Virus record (IMG/VR): IMGVR_UViG_3300037418_003024
Coordinates: 1-64,000 of that record
Length of the DNA stretch: 64,000 bases
Reading direction: 5' to 3' (one strand)
Source: a virus
Part shown: in pieces, positions 47,265 through 54,693 of the stretch
How positions within the stretch are numbered: position 1 is the first letter of the stretch
Layout: each line of letters begins with the position of its first letter
Program-made: the position numbers and the translations under genes
The notes under the pieces: model-generated
What the model was told of the DNA's origin: nothing
What the model saw: only the letters and a program-made list of their open reading frames with translations
Database searches by the model: none

Positions 47265-47293
47265 GTGATAGTCCCCTCAATTCCCCTGTCTAC
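47265..47293 (+). promoter_or_regulatory. Putative phage-sigma promoter (GTGATA-N16-TGTCTAC) for the lysis cassette
   Basis: Recurring motif, fully intergenic. Confidence 0.6.
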
Positions 47294-47326
47294 TTACTGT
47301 CAGACCAATCGAGGGAGTTACGCCAC

Positions 47327-47551
47327 ATGTCCGACCGCGAAGAGGCTGTGTTCTTGAATGCAGTTCGATCGCTCGAAAAGACCGTCGAGAGACTTGCGAC
47401 GACCGTGGAAAAGCACGGGGAGCAACTAGCGGCCATGGAGGCGAGGCATCAACAGGCTACGCACAACCAGCTGCTTATTGCCACGATCGCCAGTGGATTA
47501 TTCTGCGGTATCGGCGTTTTCATCCTCGATCATCTTCATCTGTTCCATTGA
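47327..47551 (+). CDS. XhlA/holin-like protein
   Basis: Coiled coil plus one C-terminal TM helix; before the endolysin. Confidence 0.6.
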   Translation: MSDREEAVFLNAVRSLEKTVERLATTVEKHGEQLAAMEARHQQATHNQLLIATIASGLFCGIGVFILDHLHLFH

Positions 47552-47556
47552 TCTGA

Positions 47557-47588
47557 GTCGACGCCTCGGCGTCTATGAGGATTGAAAC
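47557..47588 (+). repeat. Solitary CRISPR-repeat-like unit A
   Basis: GTC-GACGC-CTCG-GCGTC-TATGAGGATTGAAAC, 32 nt. Confidence 0.6.
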
Positions 47589-47606
47589 CACCAAGGGGGC
47601 AAAACC

Positions 47607-47990
47607 ATGTCCGAACCTACTACTCCGTCGCCCACAGCGGCGGCGCCATCGTTTGAGCCGCAAAGCTGGCTTTCGGCTCACCTGGGCCTCGACAAGCATC
47701 CCGACCTCGAATCGACCGTCAACAAAGTGCTCGGCACTGCGGCGGCCGCCGCCGGCGCGGATGTGAACGCCGCGGTTTCGCAGGCAGTATCGTCCGGCAC
47801 GATCACGCAGCCGGAGGTCGTGAATACGGCCGTCACCGCGCTCAAGGACGCCGGCGCGACGATCAGTGCGTCCGACGTCACACTCGTCATCGACGCCATC
47901 ATCGACCATGTGCCGGTCATGAACTCGATGGAGCGCATCGTTGCCAAGACGCTCGCGAACGGGCTCATCGGGCTGATCTTTCACAAGTAG
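47607..47990 (+). CDS. Hypothetical lysis-cassette protein
   Basis: GGGGG RBS; amphipathic; lies between the two repeat units. Confidence 0.65.
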   Translation: MSEPTTPSPTAAAPSFEPQSWLSAHLGLDKHPDLESTVNKVLGTAAAAAGADVNAAVSQAVSSGTITQPEVVNTAVTALKDAGATISASDVTLVIDAIIDHVPVMNSMERIVAKTLANGLIGLIFHK

Positions 47991-48029
47991 TCGCGCCGGC
48001 GCTTTTAGCGCGTCGGTGAGGATTGAAAC
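47990..48029 (+). repeat. Solitary CRISPR-repeat-like unit B
   Basis: GTCGCGCCGGCGCTTTTAGCGCGTCGGTGAGGATTGAAAC, 40 nt; hairpin plus ATTGAAAC end. Confidence 0.7.
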
Positions 48030-48030
48030 C

Positions 48031-48645
48031 ATGGGAAAAGGCCTCGATTCCGCATCGTCGCTCATGGGGCTCGGCCCGCAATTGCGGCAGCTTGGCTTCT
48101 CCTGGGTCGAGCGCTATCTGTACAAGCCGGGCACGTCGCGTTTCAAGCAACTTCTGACAAAGTCGGAGGCGATTGACCTCTCTAAAGCCGGGCTGTACAT
48201 CGTCACGGTATGGGAGAGCGGGTATCCGACCACGCCGGACTACTTCACCTCGGCGCGCGGGCATGACGACGCGGCGATGGCCTACGACCTGGCGTTCGCT
48301 TGCGGGCAACCGACCGCGACGCCGATACGGATGGCCTGCGACGGCGACATGGATCCTGCCGCCGTCATCGACTATTTCGAAACCGCCACCCTGCTGTTTA
48401 AAAAACTGGGTGGCCGTTATCGCCCTGGCGTGTACGGAAGCGGCGCAGTCATTGAGGCACTCGTATCCCGCGGGATCGTGCTTCCGGGCGACGTGCAGCT
48501 CGCCCAGTCTAAGGGTTGGCAGCACTACTCCGACGAAGAGGCGCGGGCGGCGATTGTGCAGGGCGTTGAGGCAACGATTCTCGGCCGAGACATCGATCTC
48601 GACTTCTCGAATGGTGCGGCGGGGGGCTGGAGAATCGCCGTGTGA
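48031..48645 (+). CDS. Endolysin, DUF1906/GH25-like glycoside hydrolase
   Basis: GLDSAS...WVERYL...LTKSEA...GLYIVTVWE...ACDGD...YRPGVYGSG...DIDLD. Confidence 0.8.
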   Translation: MGKGLDSASSLMGLGPQLRQLGFSWVERYLYKPGTSRFKQLLTKSEAIDLSKAGLYIVTVWESGYPTTPDYFTSARGHDDAAMAYDLAFACGQPTATPIRMACDGDMDPAAVIDYFETATLLFKKLGGRYRPGVYGSGAVIEALVSRGIVLPGDVQLAQSKGWQHYSDEEARAAIVQGVEATILGRDIDLDFSNGAAGGWRIAV

Positions 48646-48738
48646 GTTTGGCGTGCTGATGCGCGCCTCTAGGTGCTGCGGCCGGCGCTGATCGCGCCCC
48701 CTGGCCACGTCGGTCGCGGCATTTTTGGAAACGGACCA

Positions 48739-49305
48739 ATGGAATTGCTGACTGCTGTTGTTGGCGGGATGATCGGATTCCTAGGCCACCACATTCTTTT
48801 CGGGAGAAAAATTATGTCACAGCTTGATGATCTGGCCGCCGCGCAAGCGCGGGAGGCCGCCAATATACAGGCCCTCGCGTCGGGGTTGCAGGCCCTTTCC
48901 GACAACCTCACGAAGACGCTCGGCGATATGAAGACGGCCGTCGATGCGTCGAAGGTTTCCGGTAACACGCCGGATCTCACCGGGTTCATCGAAGTGGCTC
49001 AGAAGAACGCCTCGGCGATCGGTCAGGCGATCACGGACCTCAACGCCATTCAGGCGACGGTGGTCGCTGCCGACCCGTCCGCATCCGTCGCCGTGCCCGA
49101 ACCCGTTGCGGAAGCGCCGGCAGCACCGGCAGCCGATACGGCGGCGGATCCCGCGCCGGTGTCCGATGCTCCGGTGAGTGGTGATACGACCGCGGAGGCG
49201 CCGTCGACCGAGTCGACCGACGCGACGACGCCCGAAGTCGCGACCGAGACCGCCACCACGGGCGCGACCACGTCCGAGGCGCAGGGCGAACAGCCGGGCA
49301 ACTAA
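48739..49305 (+). CDS. Membrane-anchored coiled-coil protein with acidic P/A/T tail
   Basis: Possible N-terminal TM (alternative ATG at 48814); end of the lysis cassette. Confidence 0.6.
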   Translation: MELLTAVVGGMIGFLGHHILFGRKIMSQLDDLAAAQAREAANIQALASGLQALSDNLTKTLGDMKTAVDASKVSGNTPDLTGFIEVAQKNASAIGQAITDLNAIQATVVAADPSASVAVPEPVAEAPAAPAADTAADPAPVSDAPVSGDTTAEAPSTESTDATTPEVATETATTGATTSEAQGEQPGN

Positions 49306-49334
49306 GTCTCGCAATCGATTGTGGTTAAAATAGA

Positions 49335-49362
49335 ACAGCCTCCGGCCGAAACCGGAGGCTGT
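49335..49362. terminator. Terminator between convergent late operon and integrase
   Basis: ACAGCCTCCGG-CCGAAA-CCGGAGGCTGT; T tract on the minus strand. Confidence 0.7.
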
Positions 49363-49367
49363 GCGTG

Positions 49368-50711
49368 TCACTTGTTGAGCACACTTCGTACAGCTTCGGC
49401 AATTCGTATCAGATCCTCGTCATCGCAAATCCTCGAGAGTAAAGCCATCCTCAGGGACTCGGGTTCGTCTTCTGGCAGCGATGGTAGCTTCCTTTCAACT
49501 TTCTCCGCGACCTCTCCGACCACGCGTCCCTTCTTCGCCCGCTTCACTGAGGTGCCAAGCGCTGCGTAGCCGAACGTCGGTCGATTGTCCATTGGGCTGT
49601 ACATAGCACCCTGGCGGTCGATGTCGGCCTGCACGAACCGGACATACTTCTGCGTTTGCGTTAGGTCCGTGTGCCCCATGATCTCCATGAGCGCGAACGG
49701 CTGTCCACCGGCGCGCAGGAAGTTCACCGCGAATGTATGCCGGCAGGTATGCGGACTGCACCGCACGCCGGTGATACTCGCGTATCGCTCGATCTCTTTG
49801 AAGATTTGCCACAATCCGGAGCGCTTCAATGCTTGCCCCGCCCCCTTTCCGCGCAGGGCGATAAAGAACGGTTCTTTGGGCTCAGGCTGGGACCGATAGG
49901 CAAGAAGCTGGTTCGGCCGCGGCCGTTGGCTGTCCGATCGCATGTACGCGGCGATCGCATGGGCGGTCTGTCGTCCAAACCTGATCGTTCGCAATTTGCC
50001 GCCTTTGCCTTTGACCACCGTGACCCTCCGCTCTTTGTAGTTGATGTCCCCGAATGTGAGCGCGCATAGCTCCTCGGCCCGCAGTCCAGTGTCTAGGAGG
50101 AGGTGAACGATCGCGACATCGCGCCGGGACTGGCGGCGCTCGAAGTTATTGCCGGTTTCGACCCGGTTACGCAGGGCTAAGAGCATGGCCGTGACCTGGT
50201 CGTTACTGAACGGCTGGATCTGGTCGTCACGGTCATATTTGCCGGGTTTGCGGATTCGCCTTGTGAACGGGGATTCGTCGAGATGGTCTTCCGCGATGAG
50301 ATATTCGAAAAACGCGTGAAGATTTCGATAGTAGGTGTCGGCCGTCGCCTTCTTGATCGGCTTGACGGCCGTCGCGCGGGTTGACGCCGACCCCGAATCC
50401 GCGACGTCGAATCGTCCGCCCGGGTCCATGTGTCCGCGCTGAAGGTAGAGGAGGAACTGCTTAATCTCGCTGGTGCCGACGCGCTCGATGCCGTACGTCG
50501 TCAGGAACCAGTGGAAGCGAGTGATAATACCTCGTCGGTTCTCAATGGTGCGCTGTGAGCGCTGGTCGATCTCGTGATCGACGAACCAATTTTCGGCAAG
50601 CGGAATAATTTCGGTCGTCAGAACAGACGATCGAACAGGAGGAGTTTCCGGCGGCGGCGCGACTGATCGGCGCGTTCCCGAAAACGACGAAGGAAGTACT
50701 CTTTTTTTCAT
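49368..50711 (-). CDS. int: Tyrosine integrase
   Basis: DTGLRAEE, KGKGGK, PHTCRHTFA, MGH, KY catalytic set. Confidence 0.93.
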   Translation of the reverse strand: MKKRVLPSSFSGTRRSVAPPPETPPVRSSVLTTEIIPLAENWFVDHEIDQRSQRTIENRRGIITRFHWFLTTYGIERVGTSEIKQFLLYLQRGHMDPGGRFDVADSGSASTRATAVKPIKKATADTYYRNLHAFFEYLIAEDHLDESPFTRRIRKPGKYDRDDQIQPFSNDQVTAMLLALRNRVETGNNFERRQSRRDVAIVHLLLDTGLRAEELCALTFGDINYKERRVTVVKGKGGKLRTIRFGRQTAHAIAAYMRSDSQRPRPNQLLAYRSQPEPKEPFFIALRGKGAGQALKRSGLWQIFKEIERYASITGVRCSPHTCRHTFAVNFLRAGGQPFALMEIMGHTDLTQTQKYVRFVQADIDRQGAMYSPMDNRPTFGYAALGTSVKRAKKGRVVGEVAEKVERKLPSLPEDEPESLRMALLSRICDDEDLIRIAEAVRSVLNK

Positions 50712-50802
50712 TTTTGCCCCCGATTTGGATAAAACCAGGGGGCAACCACACTAGGCGATAGTCGTCTAATTCAGATGTAGATCGGCAAATCCACACCTAA
50801 AA

Positions 50803-50852
50803 TGGCGGCCTCGGCGCGATTCGAACGCGCGACCCCTTCCTTCGGAGGGAAG
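50803..50852 (-). other. attP core: 3' half of tRNA-Arg(CCG)
   Basis: Minus strand CTTCC-CTCCGAA-GGAAG GGGTC GCGCG-TTCGAAT-CGCGC CGAGGCC GCCA; no D arm or 5' acceptor strand; next to the integrase. Confidence 0.85.
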
Positions 50853-50972
50853 TCGTGTAACTCCATCGCGGGATCGACGGTTCCCATCTGAACGAAGCTG
50901 TGTGCGGTTACCCCAGAATTGAAAAAGGAAGTTCTCTATCTTGCATATTTCTGGTCGATGGCGGCGGTAGAC

Positions 50973-51398
50973 TTATGAGTGCCTTCTGAGCCATAGCCGA
51001 TACAATTCTTCTGCCCACTTGGCGGCCATGTGCCGAAAATCATTGGGCGCCATTCGCCCATCGTAGAAATATTCGACCGGGTACATGTAGTCCGTGAGGA
51101 GTGGGTGCTTCTTTCGGAGGACGTGCTCGGCGAGCTCGTGGAAGATCCCGGCGGCTTGCTCCCACGGCGACAGCGTCCGGTTGTAGATGATCCTTGGCTC
51201 TTCGTCACGGTCATAGCGCAGAAGAGCTCCTCGACCCTGGGTGTCCGGCTCAAGGGCAACCCCCATGTCGATAGCGAGCCATTTGCATGCTTCAAGGCCG
51301 TCGGGCGGATGGCCGCCGTTCCACTTCGACAATTCCATGAACGCCATTTCGCCGGCGTCCTGCACGTTTTGAGGCGGCTCTCGTCTGGGCTTGGACAT
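50973..51398 (-). CDS. ImmA/IrrE-like metallopeptidase (anti-repressor)
   Basis: IIYNRTLS.WEQAAGIFHELAEH; directly downstream of the repressor. Confidence 0.7.
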   Translation of the reverse strand: MSKPRREPPQNVQDAGEMAFMELSKWNGGHPPDGLEACKWLAIDMGVALEPDTQGRGALLRYDRDEEPRIIYNRTLSPWEQAAGIFHELAEHVLRKKHPLLTDYMYPVEYFYDGRMAPNDFRHMAAKWAEELYRLWLRRHS

Positions 51399-51489
51399 GG
51401 TAGAAAGTTACCATGTCCGTCCGCTTCATATGCAGTAAACGGGCAAGCTCCTTGTCGCAACTTTTGAAGATTCTCAACTCGTGAGAATT

Positions 51490-51987
51490 CTAGAAGTCGT
51501 CTGGTAATTCGAGTTCAATGCCCCGTTCAGCCGCGTCTTCTTCCATCTCTGCTCGGATGCTTCGCTTTATACGTCGGATAGCCGACTCGTCGAGGTGGCC
51601 GTATTGAGCCGCAATATCGCGTAGCATCTGTTCGACATTCGGGCGATACCGAAGTTGCGGATTCACGACGACGTATCCGTCAGGTACAAACCCTGCAGCC
51701 TCAAAGATATGCGCCTCAAATATCTTGTAGGCTTCATCAGCATCAGCATCGGCATCAGCATCGCCAACGAAAAGAGCTCGACAGATTCGTCGAAGCGTTT
51801 CAGGCTTCGTATCATCCCCGGCGAGAATCTGAGTGATGCGAGGCTGACTTACATCCGCGAGTTCTGCTAGGCGCCGAATCGAAATGCCGCGCTTCTGAAT
51901 CGCTTCGTCGAGCGCAACTGCTAATGGGGTAGATCGCCTACTCGACTCCTGCTCAGCCATAACTTCTGGCATCAGGAGAGTTAGCAT
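51490..51987 (-). CDS. XRE-family HTH phage repressor
   Basis: ISIRRLAELADVSQPRITQILAG; AGGAGG RBS. Confidence 0.85.
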   Translation of the reverse strand: MLTLLMPEVMAEQESSRRSTPLAVALDEAIQKRGISIRRLAELADVSQPRITQILAGDDTKPETLRRICRALFVGDADADADADEAYKIFEAHIFEAAGFVPDGYVVVNPQLRYRPNVEQMLRDIAAQYGHLDESAIRRIKRSIRAEMEEDAAERGIELELPDDF

Positions 51988-52015
51988 TAAAGATCCTCCT
52001 GATTCCTTCTGACAA

Positions 52016-52098
52016 ATTCTATAAGGAAAAGTTATCATTATTCAAGCATAATTTTATTTATCAATTGGCTTGACATGGTGATAAAAATAGTTTATTAT
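52016..52098. promoter_or_regulatory. Divergent immunity promoters and operators
   Basis: + TTGACA(52070)-N17-TATTAT; - TTGAAT-N18-TAGAAT; TTTATCA/TGATAAA inverted half-sites, repeated at the second promoter 52379-52407. Confidence 0.7.
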
Positions 52099-52105
52099 TC
52101 CTGGT

Positions 52106-52360
52106 ATGAGTGCTTCCTCTATGACCAAAAAAGGCCCCGATCTGCGCGACCTCCGTCTCGCCGCAACTGATGAGCGCGGCACACCGTTGAAGCTGTCTCA
52201 ATACGCGGTCGCCGAACTTCTCGGGTGCGAACAACCACGCATCTCGCAAATAGAGAGTGATGGTACGAAGGACATCGATACACTCGAAAAGCTTGCGGCC
52301 ATTTACGGGGTTTCCCGAGATGTCGTTATAGAAGCGAATCGCCGTACGAGAGGTATATAA
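52106..52360 (+). CDS. Cro-like XRE HTH protein
   Basis: LSQYAVAELLGCEQPRISQIES; divergent from the repressor. Confidence 0.8.
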   Translation: MSASSMTKKGPDLRDLRLAATDERGTPLKLSQYAVAELLGCEQPRISQIESDGTKDIDTLEKLAAIYGVSRDVVIEANRRTRGI

Positions 52361-52416
52361 ATATTTTTTATCAACAGCTTGACATTTGGTTAAGAGTGTG
52401 ATAAACTTTTCTTATC

Positions 52417-52671
52417 ATGAAGCGCAAAGACAAAAGTTGTCCGAAAAAAGCCACCAAAGACGAGATCTATCTTGCGCGGGATTGCGGCATCGGGGTGCGA
52501 TACCTCCGCCAGATCCTGAAATACGGCAATGCGCCGGTCGCAACGGCGGATCGCCTCTCCCGGCTTACTGGACAACCCATCGAGCGCTTCCTGTATAGAC
52601 CAGTAACGGGCAACCACACTGCCAAACCCGGCGCGACTGCGGCAACGGTCGCGCCACACACTTCGAGGTAA
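52417..52671 (+). CDS. Small HTH protein
   Basis: LARDCGIGVRYLRQIL. Confidence 0.55.
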   Translation: MKRKDKSCPKKATKDEIYLARDCGIGVRYLRQILKYGNAPVATADRLSRLTGQPIERFLYRPVTGNHTAKPGATAATVAPHTSR

Positions 52672-52674
52672 CGC

Positions 52675-52839
52675 ATGGAAACGAAGGGCTACTTGAACCT
52701 GCAGATTTTCGACGTGACGCGCTCTCAGTGGCGCAGCATGGCGCGCGTGATCTATTCCGATCGCGCCTCCCGCGACTTGAATAATCGAGCCTGCGAGTTG
52801 AAGTCGAAGGGGCATAACGCCCGAGTGGTCCAGGAGTAG
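52675..52839 (+). CDS. Hypothetical 54-aa protein
   Basis: GAGGT RBS; open frame read by hand. Confidence 0.45.
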   Translation: METKGYLNLQIFDVTRSQWRSMARVIYSDRASRDLNNRACELKSKGHNARVVQE

Positions 52840-52868
52840 CTTGCTCCATGCGAAAAGGAGACGTAAAT

Positions 52869-53207
52869 ATGCCGGGACCGGCAAAAGGTTCGGAAGGCGC
52901 GCAGCGGATCGCGGATGCGCATCGCGGCAGCCATGAGCACGATAAACACGGAGGTTTTGCCTCCAACACGTCGCTCGCCCAAGAGGCGGGACGCAAAGGC
53001 GGCGAGGTCGTCAAGGCGCGATACGGCACGGAGTTCTACCGCAGTATCGGCAAGGCCGGCGGTGCCAGGGTTTTCCAGGAACGCGGGTCGGCTTATTACG
53101 CCGAGATCGGGCGTAAAGGCGTCGAAAGGCGCGCCGGCAGCCGTCCGCCGAAAGCTGAGGCCGGACCAAAACGGCCGGTGGGGCGTCCTCGGAAGTCGAC
53201 CTCTTAG
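52869..53207 (+). CDS. KGG-repeat / GsiB-Em-like general stress hydrophilin
   Basis: EAGRKGGE, EFYRSIGKAGG, YYAEIGRKG repeats. Confidence 0.8.
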   Translation: MPGPAKGSEGAQRIADAHRGSHEHDKHGGFASNTSLAQEAGRKGGEVVKARYGTEFYRSIGKAGGARVFQERGSAYYAEIGRKGVERRAGSRPPKAEAGPKRPVGRPRKSTS

Positions 53208-53352
53208 CCATAGCGATTTGACTGCGCACATAGAACCTCAGCGTGGTCGATGGCGGGGCCGGTCGATCGGTAGCGAGTGATCCCCAGCCTGATGGATGCT
53301 TGCCGAGATCCGATCGACCGGAATTCCGTCGCCTTTATATTTGAAAGGTCGA

Positions 53353-53544
53353 ATGCGAATGGGAGATACATCAAAGCGTGGATTTGCGTCGATGTCGGAA
53401 GCCAAACAGCGCGAGATCGCGAGCAAGGGCGGCAAGGCGGCGCACAAGAGCGGAAACGCTCACCAGTTCACTCCGGAGGAGGCGCGCGAGGCCGGGCGGC
53501 GCGGCGGGGAAGCTCGCAAGGCGAAGGCTACTGCCGGTTCGTAA
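53353..53544 (+). CDS. KGG-domain stress protein (YciG/con-10-like)
   Basis: RGFASMSEAKQREIASKGGKAAHKSGNAHQFTPEEAREAGRRGG. Confidence 0.85.
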   Translation: MRMGDTSKRGFASMSEAKQREIASKGGKAAHKSGNAHQFTPEEAREAGRRGGEARKAKATAGS

Positions 53545-53694
53545 GCTTGCTTTGGATGCGGCGGATCGTACAAACGACCCCGCAACTCAGATATCGAGGA
53601 GGGCGGCGAGCACTGGAACCTCCTCGGTAATCCCGGCAATCGGGCCGGATTGATGATCACAGTACCACCACAACTAAGAAGGAGCGCATAGCGC

Positions 53695-53799
53695 ATGTTC
53701 AAGCACGATGATGATCCGGTCGAAGAGACCAAGTCGGAGCAGGCCGCCGAGAACGAGTCGGAGGCCAAGGGTGAGAGCGCGGAGGAATCCGCGGAGTAG
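53695..53799 (+). CDS. 34-aa acidic peptide
   Basis: AAGGAG RBS; MFKHDDDPVEETKSEQAAENESE... Confidence 0.45.
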   Translation: MFKHDDDPVEETKSEQAAENESEAKGESAEESAE

Positions 53800-54088
53800 C
53801 CTAGCTCTGTAGTGTACTGGCCGGCGGCAACCGAACTAAGCCGCCGGCTATGGAGATCACAGCCATGGATGGAACGCAGTACAAGTGGCAAGAGGCCGTG
53901 ATCAAGGCGGCGAAGGTGACACGCGATCTGCTTTTTATTCTCGCCGCCGTGTCCACGATCTTACATCACTAAAAACAAGGAGGGGCGGGAAGACCGGGCG
54001 AGCCGTTTCAAGCGTTCACTGTCGTTGCAGGGCGGTGGGAGCAAAGAAAACGGCCCAGATCAGAGATCCGGACCGCCACATTCGAAAA

Positions 54089-54691
54089 ATGATTGGTAAC
54101 AACAACAGTTTAACGCTGACGAACGGATCTGTCAAGCCCTGTCCGTGCGATTTCGAGTATCTGTCGGTCGATGAGGCTGAAAAGGCACTCGATATCGCGA
54201 TCGACAAGTACCAGCAGGCACGGTCGCTTGTCCGCTCCGGTCGGCGCGACCTCGCTTCGCCGACCATGATGGAAACCTATCGTCTCGACGCTCAGCGTTG
54301 CCTAAACGCACTGCGCGAGTCGATGGCCAACCTCGATATGGCGCGCCACGGATTCCCGACGGTGCATTCTCAGCTTCTCGCGCAGTTGTCTGATCGTGAG
54401 CCGGCCACGGCCATGACGTTTGAGGTTGGCGTGCCTATCTCAGATCTGGACACTGTGGTCGCCGAGGTTCACGAGCAATTCGTGAGCGGCGAATGGGAAT
54501 GCGATGGCGTCGAGATCCAGACTGTTCCCTCGGCACGTGCCTTCACCGTTGCGGCTCTCAACCACATTCTCCGCGACATCGCCAAGTTCCCGCTTCGCCG
54601 ATTGAACGGCGCGTACCGTGAACCGGGTGCCTTCGAAGCTGGGGTGGCGGCCGTTCGCCGGCAGAACTCGCAGTCAAGGAAGGCGGCATAG
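54089..54691 (+). CDS. Hypothetical protein
   Basis: ORF before the recombination operon; start uncertain. Confidence 0.55.
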   Translation: MIGNNNSLTLTNGSVKPCPCDFEYLSVDEAEKALDIAIDKYQQARSLVRSGRRDLASPTMMETYRLDAQRCLNALRESMANLDMARHGFPTVHSQLLAQLSDREPATAMTFEVGVPISDLDTVVAEVHEQFVSGEWECDGVEIQTVPSARAFTVAALNHILRDIAKFPLRRLNGAYREPGAFEAGVAAVRRQNSQSRKAA

Positions 54692-54693
54692 CC

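Noticed and set aside
47557-48029. True CRISPR array
   Set aside because: Only two non-identical units separated by a 401-nt coding segment; no spacer-sized intervals or cas genes
15022-49362. Shared AGCCTCC...GGAGGCT stems at 15022, 23323 and 49337 as a mobile repeat
   Set aside because: All lie at gene 3' ends and are adequately explained as ordinary terminator hairpins
50803-50852. Functional tRNA-Arg gene
   Set aside because: 5' acceptor strand and D arm are absent
51733-51763. GCATCA/G hexamer repeat in the repressor (DADADAD)
   Set aside because: Short in-frame linker repeat; length changes would keep the frame
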